Shown: positions 43,470 through 57,327 of the stretch, one piece after another
Layout of the letters: the number at the start of each line of letters is the position of its first letter
Numbering within the stretch: the first letter of the stretch is position 1
Assembly: GCA_951406725.2 (NCBI GenBank)
Contig: OX597825.1
Coordinates: 88,040,001 to 88,104,000, forward strand
DNA: 64,000 nucleotides
Direction of reading: 5' to 3'
From: Octopus vulgaris
Lineage: Eukaryota
Program-made: the position numbers and the translations under genes
Notes under the pieces: generated by a model
Told to the model about the DNA's origin: nothing
Databases searched by the model: none
Seen by the model: the letters and a program-made list of their open reading frames with translations, nothing else

Positions 43470-43672
43470 ACCCAAACAAGAAAACACAAAGAGAAAACAC
43501 AACAACGCGAGGACGTGGAACAAGGATAGTATTATTGGACGCTCGGGAAAGGAAAGAAAGAAGGAGGATTTAACGTTTCGAGCGGAGCTCTTCGTCAGAA
43601 ACACAGGAAAAGGAAGGATCCAAGGAAGGGAAGACGGAGGCAAAAAATCGCCAACGATACAGACGCGGTCAC
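43466..43672 (-). mobile_element. Penelope-like terminal-repeat fragment between TA tracts
   Basis: Carries an intact minimal hammerhead and is bounded by (TA)n on both sides. Confidence 0.6.
43568..43602 (-). ncRNA. Minimal type I hammerhead ribozyme motif
   Basis: Minus strand gttt-CTGACGA-a-GAGC-tcc-GCTC-GAAA-C-GTT-aaat: intact core, 4-bp stem II, AACGTT palindrome, 4-bp stem I. Confidence 0.75.
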
Positions 43673-43872
43673 ATTATATATATATATATATAAAATCAAT
43701 GAACAGGTCGCGGTCTCAAAGCGACGAAAATATTTTGGCAAATTAAATTTAAATCTTGGAGTGTATACAACTGGTTTTTGTTTGGGTGTTTCTTAAATGG
43801 CCTATAAACACCATCCACGCTGCATTGTTTTCGTTCCAGTACACGATCTCAGATCAGGTCACTTGCTACGCA

Positions 43873-43978
<106 letters not shown>

Positions 43979-44386
43979 CACACTCACATCTCTCTCTCTA
44001 TTTATATACAGTATATAAGTAAAATTGGGTTGAATTAGGTACATAAATTAAGGCACCTTGTTATGTCAGAATAATATACACACATTATCTTAATTCTGGT
44101 ACGTAAGTATCGGCCGAAAGAATAACGAAATCATTGAAAATGTTCTGCTCTGTGAAACTTATACTATGTTAAATCATTTCGAATACCTATATTTGTGAAG
44201 TTCACGAATTCCTCTGTCGAAAACGGTTCCACTGATGTGGCCTGGATGGTATACCATCAGACGTAGCCTCGGGTGCCACCTTGGCAAAGGGCGAGCAGCA
44301 CCTTACACAAACACACACGCACACATACGTATACAAAGACTCACACAAACACAAACATGCATGAAAATACTCACACACACACGTGA

Positions 44387-44428
<42 letters not shown>

Positions 44429-45988
44429 TCAGAAGTGTGTGTTAGTGTGTTCCTCTGTATGTATAATGCATGTAGATACATGTGTGTGTGTGTGTGTGTG
44501 TGTGTGCAGAAAAGTATAGGTCAGCGGAAATATATTTAAGAACTTCATTGACCTGATATATGGGTAATCAGTCAGCGTATAAAATTTCTTTTGATATTGT
44601 CTCAGCTTCTATTTTAAATTGACTCACATAACTCGATATATCAATTATACTTATAAAATGCTTACCATTAATGCATCATCGAGTTTTCGAGATCATAAGC
44701 TCATTTACATTGCATTGCTGCTAAAATGCATCTACACGGGATTCGTTACAGATATTCCTCTATAAATTTCTATTCCGACACATTTACACAAACAATAAAA
44801 ATTGTGTAGATGCACAGAGTTTTTATACTTTATATACTTGAAATTCTTTTATTCTTGAACTTGTCTCAGTCATTAGAGTGCGACCATGCTTATGCACTTA
44901 TGTGAAGTGTTTATTCGAACAAATCGCAGCAGTATTGACATATGTATGTATGTATGTATGTATCTGTCTATAATTACACACACACACACACACACAGACA
45001 CACACAAATACGTACATATCATTCTGCCCCTGTCACTCTCGTACAAGGGGGAGAAACATTTTCATATATAATCTTAATAGCAGATAATTATTAATCTTTT
45101 AATTGGAGCTAACATTTGACTTCTACAGAACATAATTATTTTGTATGAAAATACCAACTCTCGCATAAATGTAAGCAAGTTGTTCCATTGCTTGTGAGTG
45201 TCATCTAATTGTCGACATTTTTGATGCATTATTTACAGAATATCTTTCTTCTGGCCTTCATTTGAGTTCTTTATATTTTATTAAATTAAAATTACTGTCG
45301 CCAATTTCTTTTTCACTATCCAAATTTGGTTTAAGACTTCACAATATTTTATGTGAATCTTTTGCCGGGGTTAGTTGAAGTCTAGCCGTGCGTGTTTTAT
45401 GCGGGTATGTCAAAAGTTATTATCTTCATACGAAACTAGCCGGAATAATTGTAGTGATATATCATTGTAGCTCACTTATTCCATTATTAAGGTCGGCATT
45501 GATGGGAACATTCTACAAAATTCCAAATTGTTCTTGCTTGGTGTGGTATGCAGACAATTATTTTAATTTCTGTATTCAGCTAAATTCCTAGCAATTTCCG
45601 AAATGTGAATATTTGAATTATTAATTCAGGTAATTGATCTTGCTGAGACTGGTTTTCGATTTCCCAAGTGTAAGTGATATTCTGATATCAGCAGAGAAAT
45701 TTGAAGCTTTATCTGACCCCATGGCATTTTCTTACAACTGAATGTGACAATTTATACACGCCAAGAGATGTTTAGTTTATTGTCACGTCATCATAACAAC
45801 CCTTACAATCAACCATATTAGTCCGATGTTGTTTGCAATTAAGTATCACCCTGAAATCATTAACCCCATAATCATTACTGCGAACCTAGAATATTTTGTC
45901 TATTTTTCTAGTGCCTTAAATGGTTTTCATTTAGCCCAGTTTGTTGTTTGTAAACTTTAATGGTCAACCTATATATCTTTTACGCGTC

Positions 45989-46140
45989 CCAGTCATTTGA
46001 CTTCGGCCCAGCTTGGACACTAACTTGAAGGATTTCAGTCAAACGAATCGGCCTTTATATTTATTTATTTTTAAAGCCTGGTACTAATTATATCTGACAC
46101 TGTTGCCGAACCGCTACGTTACGGCAATGCAAACACAGAC
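45989..46140 (-). mobile_element. SINE family A 3' part (diverged), abutting the hammerhead SINE
   Basis: cagtcatttgacttcggcc...tgccgaaccgctacgttacgg...aaacacagac. Confidence 0.7.
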
Positions 46141-46147
46141 ATAGAGA

Positions 46148-46308
46148 TCTGTATTTAAGAGATGAGGAATTATTTACATTATTTACATTCGACAGATATT
46201 TGTCCTCATCTCCATTGTTAACACAACGATTCAGCTGATATACCCAGCCTTCATCGGGTGTCTGGGAAAATTTCGAACCTGGGTTCTCATTCCTAAGGTA
46301 TTTTTCAA

Positions 46309-46387
<79 letters not shown>

Positions 46388-46463
46388 CCCACGGGCCTAA
46401 GGCATAGTGGTTAAGAGCGCGGGCTACTAATCCCAAGATTCCGAGTTCGATTCGAGGCAGTGA

Positions 46464-46506
<43 letters not shown>

Positions 46507-46656
46507 TTCGAAAACATACCTTAGGAATGTGAACCCTGGTTCGAGATTTCCTCAAGATACCTGATGAATGTTGGAGGGTATATCAGCCGAAACGTTGTGT
46601 TAACAACAAACAAAATGAGGACAAATATCCGTCGAATGTAAATAATAAACATAAAT
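46148..46656 (+). mobile_element. tRNA-Arg-derived SINE (head 46392-46467, (AAT)n, tail 46506-46656) with an upstream inverted copy of its tail (46148-46386)
   Basis: A-box ggcatagtgg and B-box gttcgattc. ctac..atc..aagattcc..gttcga resembles tRNA-Arg(ACG). The reverse complement of 46170-46306 aligns with 46510-46650. Confidence 0.8.
46556..46601 (+). ncRNA. Minimal type I hammerhead motif in the SINE tail
   Basis: gatac-CTGATGA-a-tgttg-gagggtatat-cagcc-GAAA-C-GTT-gtgtt. The inverted copy (46220-46262) supplies gacac and ggctg, giving better stems I and II. Confidence 0.65.
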
Positions 46657-49600
46657 AGGTAAACACACACACACATAGACACATACACACACACACACAT
46701 TAAACATATAAAAAATAATGCATTGTAATAACAGATAAAGAGAACATTTTGAAATTCGACATCATTGATTGAAAATTGTTTCGAGTACTTGTGCTGTTTG
46801 ATAGGAAGTTAGATTTGAAGTAAGCATGGTAGTTTCTATAAGTTTTCAGGGGTTGAAGAATCGTCGTTCTCATAAGAAAGAGACAGGTTTCCTACACGTG
46901 CTGTACTACTGAGTAATTAGATGATCTTGATTGAGTATTTAGAGGATCTTGATGTGGTTTTCCCATGTCTAAAAAGTTAAAAAAACATCGAGACAAATTA
47001 AAAAAAACTTGTGAAGCATTGTTGAATAAAAAACGTAAAGGAAATCGATAGCTGCCACAGCTAAGTAGCAAGCGCTAATTACGTTAATAAGCAACACTAA
47101 GTAAATATATGAAAGAATACTGTTTTGGATTCCCATGTTTAATTCTTAAGGGTGATAACAACAAAAGAGAGTTCATTGAGTGACCAACGGAAATATTGGT
47201 GCCCGACCGCTGAGAATTTCTTGAGATGAGCACAAACAAATCTAAGGGCATTCTTTTAAATGTCCCCTTCTTCAATTGTTATTATCGTAATCATAAATAT
47301 AAAGGCACAATGTATGGAAAGGAATTCTTAATAATGTTCTGTTAACGGACAACTTGTTGCTCCTTAATATTATTCTGGAAAGGAAATATAAATGCATTAA
47401 ATTTACTGCTTTAAACTTATTTTCGTAAAATGTTAGAAACGTTAGGATGTAACCTTAACCAATTATTTCTATTTTCATTCAATACAATTTGAGATTGCCA
47501 ATGGAAAATTAAACACCAACATCCTGTATAGTATGTCAACTAACAAATTACGGTAGACATGTTTAATTTATTCATGTATGTTACTAAATATGACCAAGAA
47601 ATCGATTTCAACCTATCGCTGTATCGGTGGTCTCATCGTCTTTAACAATAAAAATAGTATTTACATACATACATAGTTATTTATATACATACATACATAC
47701 ATACAGATATATTGTATGGGTGTCTGTGTGTGCGTGTGTATACTTATGCGTTGATGTGTGTACTTTTGCTCACCTGTGTATGTGTGTGTGTGTATGCATC
47801 AGCTGTCACCTATGAATAACAAACCCTTGTTGTATTTCACGCGGACCACAATGTTTAGGTAAATCCTAACTCATTGTTCTATTAAACGTGTGTCATATGG
47901 AATAGCGGTATGCAAATCATCCTAATTGTTTTCGTTTCTCTAAGTATAAATCAGCAATTTTATTTCCCATCATAAACCCATTCCTTCAAACATGAAACGA
48001 TATACATGATTGAATATTCCGCATGCATGACAATATCAAAATATTTAGTGATGTAAATGAATTGATGTCTGACAATTGAACGTGGAACCACGTCATGGCT
48101 AGCTAGCTGCCTTTCTATTGTTTAACATTAATTAATTTAAGTGGAATTTCTAATATCACAGTTTTACAGTTTATGGGAAGATTCATTCGTTGTAGTATCC
48201 TTCTCAAAATCATTACGATTCAAGCAGGAGCTGCGAAGTCAACCTCAGCAAACAGAAGTCATTTTAGAAGGCTCTACCGTTATTATGATGCACATATGTA
48301 TAGGCATAAAGTATCATTTCGGTGAAGCCATACACTTGCACAGGCAATATATATATCGTCGACACTCGTTCTGGATTACATTAAATATCTAAGGAAGTGA
48401 AATAGAAGCGGAACTTGGAGGACTGTCATTCGGCATAATTAAAGGCTTTGGATATGAGACTCAAACATATTCAAGTGTGCAAAGGTTTGGCTTTGAAGAA
48501 TAGTCTCGTCTTTCATTTTCCTCTCACTATTCTTTCCCACGACATTTGGAGAGTTGCCATATCTAAGTAATCCAGTAAAAAATGTTACTGAATTCTATAT
48601 TATTTATCACAAGAAGAGCGAAACTGGTATTTGTTTATTTGAATCAGAAATTCATTCCATTCGGGTTGGTCTTTTCTGGACTTCACTATGCAATTCGTCT
48701 TTTCCACCTTAGGGGCGTAGCTTAGGATTAAAGAAAATCAGTCTGATATCACTAATGATACAATCGACAATATACACATCCATTATTGGTTTGTCTGATG
48801 CTGTATAACTGGTTCACCATTCTAGATGCATTATTTACAAAACAATCTTACTTATACACTTCAAAACAGTCTTGTGCATTTTGAGTCACACTTTCAATAT
48901 ATAAGAATAATAGGATTACACTAAAACATCGTTTTCTGTCGCGAAATCTCCTGACATAGAATTCTTGGTACACGTTTCGAAAAATTGTAAAAGGAAAAGG
49001 TGTATTTGTTAATGAATAGGTAATTATGCAAAAAAAAATTTAATGTGGAATCTATGACAAAAAAAACAGAAGGCAGGGTCGTATCCGGTGGAATATTTGT
49101 ACAGTTTATTTGTGTTTTTAAAGACGTGGTTTAAATATTAAGATTCCGTTGCTATTTCTAGCAAGCAACAAACTTGCACAGAGGCTACTGCATCCGAGTT
49201 AGAAAGATCTAGTATACAGTTGTTTGTTTGATACTTTCTGATATATTTAAAAATGTCAAACATGAGTTAGGTGGGACTATTATACATTTCTATATACAAT
49301 TCTATAAACGATATCTATAAATACATGAACTGCTGGTCATATTTGAGTTTGGTCAATGGGTTTTTGGAAATCAGCCGAATTACCTTTTTAGTGGATGTGT
49401 TTAGGATGTTTATATAGCAGCGTCAGCATCAGCATCCCACATATCTATGCATTACTAGAATGTGGGTTGCATAAATAGTTGTCAGTCAATATTTATTGAT
49501 AAAATGAAATCGATAATGAACACTGGCCTGGAAAGGACAAAGTCAAATTGATGGAAAAAAACTGAAAAGAAAAATATTATATAAATAATCCGATTTTGTA

Positions 49601-52600
49601 GTGTGTACACTTGCCATAGCAGATATTTGGTGAACTATTTATATTATTTGGAAAATGTAGATGGATGATAAAACATACACTGGTATACTACTAAGTTAGT
49701 TATGACGTTAAGGAACAGGTTAATGAGTATAAGAGATCGAAGCAAATACTCAGTCATCCGAGGCAACTTAGTAAAATATTGCCTGAGCATAACTATTTGT
49801 GAAGTCTTAGCGATGGCCACCTCTGAGAGAACGCTAGATTTAAATATATGTAAAAGCTATCTCTACTAAATACTCACCAATGATACCGTAATACATATAT
49901 TAAGCCTTCAAGACATATTCAGCCATAATAATAATAATTAGTATGTCTTCTTTTAGAATCTCAGGGATAGGCGATCTTTGGCCCCACCAAAAATATTACT
50001 GTACTCACTAGAAATAGCTTCAGTGAGAAGCTACTTGATGCCACAAAACCCAACATTTCATTCGAAAGGACTCGAGATTGCTCGCCACTATCAAGTATAT
50101 CAGAACCGTATAGAAAAGAGAAGAACAACATCTTCGTTCTACAGTTTCTGGATGATTCATCTATTTTTAATCAGGCATTATAGCACGATAAGGAATATGT
50201 ATTTAATTCAGTCGATCAAACATCTGAAGCACAAATTGCCAAATTCAACGGATGATTCTACTGATACACTCAATCAAACATGTATTTAATGGACATATTT
50301 GAGTGTAGAGTTACATAAATAAAGGCAAATATTCAATGATACATCTTACAATTAATTCTATAGTTCAACTACTTATTTAGAAAAGTAAATTAATGTACGT
50401 GTATATAATATTATTTGTCTATATACATTCATATAAATGAGTGTATGTATAAATACCTGTATGCGGGGGTGTATAGTTGGATGTACATTCGTACGGATAC
50501 ATATGTTTCTCTTCGCGTGTGTTGTTTGTGATTATGTGTTTGAGGGAAAATTTACTTTTGAAAGAAAATCTGCTGTTCGATACAATATATTCTGAAACGA
50601 TGATGCAAGAATGGTTCTAATAGCTATAATATCGATTTCTAATATAAAATTAATATCGCTTTCTAACGTTTAATAGCTTTATTATTAATATTTCCTCCCA
50701 CTGGAAAGCATGTTTGTATCTTGTGTGTATAAATACATCACCGCGTAATGTAGCAAATAGATGAATTAGAGATAATTTGGCCCATTCTGACCTGTATCTT
50801 ATCAAGCAGTCACACACATACATTGAGTATCATGGATATTTAATAATTTAATTATCTAAAGATATACAATACCAGGCAAAAACTATATCTGACTGGATTA
50901 CGTTTCATTGATTAGACGTTTCCAATCTTATTGCTAACACTGTTTTGATTTCTAGCATATAATATATTACAGTTACATACGGGTGACAACAGCTCAATTG
51001 GCCTGTGAGGCATTTCGGATTTTCAAAACTACCTCACAATCCAACAATGCGTACTCTAGTTTGTACAATTGACTCCCAGGAAGAGATGTGAATATTTTGT
51101 CTTAACTTTAGGACAAGTAGCTTCGGCACTTGCATGGGCCCTAGTAATTGTCTGGTACTTTAATTTACTAAAGTCACAGAGAAGATAGTGAAAGTCAAAT
51201 TCGGAAGAATTTGAACTTAGCTGGGAACAAATATTACAAGACATTATTCTGATATTCAAAATCATTCTGACAGCTAACATCAAAACCACAACTTTCAGCA
51301 TCACCTCAGTAATCATTGATATATTCAGAATCGCCATCCACCATCGCATTAACTTGGTGCAAAAACATTTCTTGGAATTTGAGAGCAAATGTTGTAGCAG
51401 TTACATGAAATATAAATTTGAAGTAAAAATCTGAAACAAACTGAAACAGAAAAGGTGCTCAGAAATTGGCACATCAAACTATAAATGAATTCTAATGAGG
51501 TTTGGCACTTTTTGTCAGGAGGTAATCTTTAATTCCTGACATTTGTGATCAGCATAATTGTGGAGATAGAGACACCATTAGAGCGATTATCGTTTCAATG
51601 AAATTGCTGTTTTTATTTCGAAAAGTCATTGAATTAAACTCGCAAGTAAAAGATCGGTGTATGACTTCTTTTTATCGTCTTGGTGAATGTTGTTATGATG
51701 TGTATGTGGAAAAGACATTTAATTCCTTGCAACTATATTTACCGTTAAGTAAACAAATGCTGCGAGATGGAGCTTCTCCCCCGTTGTTACAGCAAATAAA
51801 CAATAATATTCAAGGAGATTTTCGTTGTATTTAAATCTCAATTCAAATTCTCAAGCAGGGAAGTGGAACTTACAATGATGAGTTGCCATAGATACATAGC
51901 TGGAAGACAAATTCTTTACAAGACAATTTATTATGATTCTTCTAGAATGAATGATATTGCCAAGGACAATGTTTGAAGTGATTCTGTAAGAATAATAATT
52001 GATTTAAATATTTATATTGAAGCTGAAAATTACTAAATGTCCAGAAGTAGGAATTGATATTTAAAACGAGTTCAGTTTATGCCGATACAAAGATGATACT
52101 CAACGTTGATCCAGGCGAAATTACAAGGTGATCTTATACGTAGATATGCAAATTAAGGCGAACACCTTGATTCCGATAATTGAATAGTTTTCTTGGAATT
52201 TATTATGCTTGGTGAGCACAAAACTACTAGATTAGTTGCAAGATTAGTCTTCTTGGTAAATTTGTATTTTAACACAAAATAACAACATAAATCCTATACA
52301 GGTTGCTAATATTTTCTAATTAAATACGTTCAATTAAATGAAGGACCTTCAGGTGTCTCTGCTTTGCTCTGAACTGCATTATGTTGCATAACATACGCTG
52401 AGTATACACACGTATACACTGATTATATATGTCTAATCTTCATTATATACATGTCTTTATTGAATGTATGCATATAATATAAACACTGACAGTATAGGTG
52501 TAATTATAAGATTTTCTTTTGACTACGAATACCACTTATCTATAGAAAATATCGACGTATTACGGTTTACGAGTTACATTTCGATGATATAGTGCGTGAT

Positions 52601-54229
52601 GTAGTATTTACGTTACTGGGCTCTAGACCGAGTTCCGGTCATGGGTTCGAACTGTAATATTGGGCCAGGCATTTTGCGGAGCTCAAATCTACTCAATTTG
52701 AAAAAAAAAACCCAGTGTGAAGACAAACGGAGCAACCAAATGAGTCTCACGTTGTTCGTGCAACGACCCACTGGTGCTAACAAAGTCTTTTCAGGACCAA
52801 AAAAGGAATACGTTCTGCAGAGAACGGCTATAGGCTTCCTTGAATCAGGCACCTCTAAATGTTTATTTTTAAACTCTTTTCTAACATTGTTACAAATCTG
52901 TACCACTTGCCATTTCGTGTCGCTCTCGAAATTATCTATATTGAAGATTAAGTCGGATTTTATTGACAAATTTATGAAAGTCTAATGTTCGATTATATCA
53001 GACTAATATTCTCTTTATTTACCATGCATATGATTATTCATGACTAGCCTTTAATTCTAAAATCAATAATATGAATATCGATTAAGTTTTTATGAAATGT
53101 ATCTTTACGTATGACTAGCAGATCACCCATCTGCCTAAATGTGTAAGTGAAATACTTTAATAACCTTTAAGTTTAAAAAAAAAATTATTGTCAATGGCTT
53201 TGTTTTCATTACAGAATTATCTCTACTGCAAATTAGCACGTCTACTTGCAGAAATGTTTTTCGTAATTTAAACTATGAATTATCATTTAAGACATTTACA
53301 ACATAATTAATATTTCCATTATTGAAGATCAAATATATTTAGCGATTTTGTTCAGCCATTATGCTAGAATACCATTATTCTCTATGTTCTTATCTCTTCT
53401 ACATACGCCACAATCTATTGTTCATTGTGTTTTGTTCTTTCTTGTGAAACCATATATAGCGAAAACTACTATATGAGGGTGGGGAAGAAGGTTAGCATTT
53501 CCTCTGCACTTTTATTCTTTAAATGGTCTTAGTATTCTTACTACAAGAATTATCTATGCATTTAGAGATTTATATGATTCTTAGCAGATACACGTCAATA
53601 GGTTTTGATCTTATAATTGCAAACGTATTTCCGTTTTCTGTTGCTAGTCCAAATCTAACAGAATCTTTATGCACTTTTTAAAGCGATACATGAAATACAT
53701 TTTATGAATGTCGGCGGTAGTTCTACGTTGCTTTCAGTTGTTTATTTGATTCTATATCTACTTGTACTTATTTGATCGATTTATATCTGATGGACAACTA
53801 ACTTTTTGGACAGATATACTCATAAAAGTAAAACACACAAACACACATATAATATTGTCGTGTTTTTTTCATTTTTCCTTTCGATATAAAAAAAAAACAC
53901 GAACCTATACATTCGATTGTCTTGTTTTGGTTTTCAATTTGTGATATCATTCTTCTATATTTGTTCCCTTTATTGCATGTGGAACCATGTCTTGTTCGCT
54001 GTTGTTATCGTTTACGTCCAAAGAGTATATGTTCAGCTTGATTTTGCTTTTATATAGATTTAATACTTTATCAGTCTCCTACCTTCCCATAACCACTTCT
54101 TCGCCTAATTTTCTTGGCTCCAACTTTCGATTGCTATGGTATCCATGACGCTTGCATTACTGGAATGATAGTTATTCACGGGAGGTCTCAAAGCTGCAGC
54201 GATGATCAGTCTAGTGTTAACTTAAAAGA

Positions 54230-54900
54230 GAAAGACAAAAAGCTCTCAGCTGAGGAGAGGACTTGTATTATAGAAGGAGGCGTTATAATGCCAAGTATTG
54301 GGAAGCTAAAGTTTGTTGATAGGGACAAGCAGAAATGCCTTGCTATTGAAGCGATACATCGCTGCCTCTACATTATATAAAGGTTTGTTTGAGTGACTGG
54401 AAAGACAAAGAAGTTGGTGGTGACAGTGCCAATAAGAGTGAACAGGGACAGATGCCGTGTAAGTGTGAGACGAGAGTGACAAATGGTTAGAGATGGTATT
54501 ATTGGGAATTTAGTGAATGAGAAAGAATTCATTAAATTCGATTGCATTTATCTGTGTGGAAAAGTGGAAGAAGTAAGAGGAGGTACTGAAAAAACGGGTG
54601 GGATACAATGGCTGAATGAACCTGTAGCTAGATTAGAAGATAGGTTAACGCTGGGCAGAGATACGTGGGAATGGATGAGAGGCTGAGTGAGAGACGAAGA
54701 ATGAGGTCGATACGAGAGGCTGTTTTGAATGAGAGCAGCTATGAAAGAGTGTTGAATAATGGGGAATGTCAGTTGTAAATTGTGAGCGGGAAGAAGAGAG
54801 AAAGCAATAACTAGAAGCAGAAGAATAAGTGACCAGTGTAAGAGAAAGTGGTAGATGGAGATGTTGAGAATAATGGAGGGAAAAATAGTCTTCAATTTCT
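54230..54900 (-). pseudogene. Possible decayed Penelope-like RT-EN linker region
   Basis: Strong purine skew on the + strand. Minus fragments SLSYRPHSSSLTQPLIHS...GSFSHC and SIARHF echo PLE xSYRRxxNLxxxLVHS...GSFPC and VARHF. Confidence 0.3.
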
Positions 54901-55569
54901 GTCTCGCTTATGGGATTATGAGGAGCAGGAAATTACTAAGACCGAGCCCTGATGAATTCCTACCTCTATACAAACACACATGCACTAACAAACGTCTAGA
55001 ACGCTTTAGTATCCACAGAGTATAATATTATAATAAGAGTCAATGTATCACGCTCGCGGACCTTGATTAGAAAGCAAAAGCGAAAGGGTAAATTTCGTAG
55101 CAATGTGTTCGGTATGGAGAAAGGCAAAAAACCATAGGATGGATGCACAGTCCAGAATATGCAACTAAGACCTGGAAGAATCTCCAGAGATAACTTTATG
55201 TAAGGACAAATTAAATAATAAGCGTTTTGAGGTCATCCTTACGTGTGAGCAGATATTAAAAAGCTATTACATAGGTTCAACAACATTAGAGTTTCTTGAT
55301 AATATTGACACTGTTTTTATCGAAACACTCATTAAAACGAATAGCTAAGTTGTGTGGGCAGATTAGAATTGTTGTTTGTGTGCATGTTAGAGGAATGGTA
55401 ATAAGAAGTATAAGTTGCTTTTTATCCCATAAAAGATAACTCGTAATAACGATTTGACATTATTGGTTGCATGTCCATCAAAGTTATTAAAGAAATTACA
55501 AAAGCATAAAAGTCGTGTACACAGAATTGTAATAATATATGTCGTATGCCTCGGAACAATGAGTCAACA

Positions 55570-55969
55570 TTTATTTCTTTGTTGCCCGCAAGGGGCTGAA
55601 CATTGAGGGGACAAACAAGGACAGACAAAGGGATTCAGTCGATTACATCGACCCCAATGCGTAACTGGTACTTATTTAATCGACCCCGAAAGGATGAAAG
55701 GCAAAGTCGACCTCGGCGGAATTTGAACTCAGAACGTAGTGGCAGACGAAATACCTATTTCTTTACTACCCACAAGGGGCCAAACACAGAGAGGACAAAC
55801 AAGGACAGACAAACTGATTAAGTCGATTGCATCGACCCCAGTGCGTAACTGGTACTTATTTAATCGACCTCGAAAGGATGAAAGGCAAAGTTGACCTCGG
55901 TGGAATTTGAACTTGTAGCGGCAGACGACATACCGCTCAGCATGTCGCCTGGCATGCTAACCGTTCTGC
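55570..55969 (-). mobile_element. SINE family B, internally duplicated
   Basis: Two successive gacaaacaaggacagacaaa...gtcgatt.catcgacccca.tgcgtaactggtacttatttaatcgacc.cgaaaggatgaaaggcaaagt.gacctcgg units. Confidence 0.88.
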
Positions 55970-56533
55970 AATATTGTTTACAAGGATATCGACAGAATTA
56001 TGTATATTACAATACGTAGTAGGTGTTAATAGATAATAGATAAAAATAATTTTTAGAAGTAGATTAAAATGAAACATTCGGATGATGGGTTAAAAGCGAA
56101 AGATCATTCTTCGTTATATGATTTTCGAAATGATTATAAAAAATTGTATATGTCGCCTATAATCATCCACCAATTGTAACAGTGGCCAGGGCCTAATTAT
56201 AAACAATTACAGCATTAGAATCTTCGATGGTAAGTTACGAGAAAGATCTTCTATGCAAAATCCCAGATATTATTATAAAAGTCTCAGAAATATGATTAAA
56301 TATATTTTTCTTAAAACAAAAATTATAATGTATCGAGTAATCGTTACAAAATTTAAGATCGACCAGTGGAATGGTTAACAGGAAGTTAATTGTAATGATT
56401 TTGTAGAAAACTGAAATGAATCAGTGCTAGTTTTAAAGTATTGAATATAAAGTGCTTTTATGAAAATTATATATATTGATGACAAAAGAAAAAATATATA
56501 CGGACATGAATAGTTCAATATTTATTATATCGT

Positions 56534-56880
56534 AAGGCGGCGAGCAGGCAGAAACGTTAGCACGCCGGGTGAAATGCGTAGCCGTATTTCGTCTGCCGTT
56601 ACGTTCTGAGTTCAAATTCCGCCGAGGTGACTTTGCCTTTCATCCTTTCGGGGTCGATAAATTAAGTACCAGTTACGCACTGGTGTCGATATAATCGACT
56701 TAATCCGTTTGTCTGGCCTTGTTTGTCCCATCTGTGGGTAGTAAAGAAATAGGTATTTCGTCTGTCACCGAGGTCAACTTTACATTTAATCCTTTCGAGG
56801 TCGAGTACTAGGATCGATCTAATCGACTGGCCCCCTCCCTCAAAATTTCGGGTCTTGTGCCTAGAGTAGAAAAGAATATT
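56534..56880 (+). mobile_element. SINE family B, near full length
   Basis: aaggcggcgagcaggcagaaacgttagcacgccggg...gagttcaaattccgccgagg...cctttcatcctttcggggtcgataaattaagtaccag. Confidence 0.9.
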
Positions 56881-57116
56881 TATTATATCGCAATGTAATA
56901 TAAGATAAGAAGATGTATATGGATAGCGCATTAAAGTTGCCTTTCGAATGTGAATTAAAATGAGTAGAAAAATATGGAAAGACAAAATAAATAAAAAATC
57001 TAGGAAGAAAATAATTTAAAGAAAAATGTATTTGTTGCAGCTAAAAGGAAAGGCAGTGAATTGTTAGTAATGGATACTTTTTGATGGTGGGGAAAGAGGG
57101 GAGGGGACATTCTAGT

Positions 57117-57327
57117 ACTTGTTTCAGTCATTTGACTGAGGCCATGCTGGAGCAACACACTAAAGGGTTTAAGTCGAAGATTTCAACCCCGAGGCTCATA
57201 CTTTGTAAGCCGAGTACTTACTTTATCGGTCTCTTCTACCGAACTGTTAAAGCACAGCGACGTAAACCCACCAACATCGGTTGTCAAGTGCCGGCAGGTG
57301 AAGAAACACAGACAAAAATATATACAT
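57117..57327 (-). mobile_element. SINE family A 3' half
   Basis: tttcagtcatttgactgaggccatgctggagca...catcggttgtcaag. Confidence 0.8.

Noticed and set aside
44245-44258. 14-bp perfect palindrome gatggtataccatc near CTGATG
   Set aside because: No correctly placed GAAA for a hammerhead; an isolated palindrome is weak evidence.
46392-46467. Functional tRNA gene
   Set aside because: Acceptor and anticodon stems pair poorly, and it is joined to an (AAT)n spacer and repeat tail; this is a SINE head.
51598-51834. RDGASPPL peptide suggesting a protocadherin exon, or a P-element-like CYDVYVEK motif
   Set aside because: No accompanying cadherin motifs (LDRE, DxNDN) or transposase context; a single short motif is compatible with chance.
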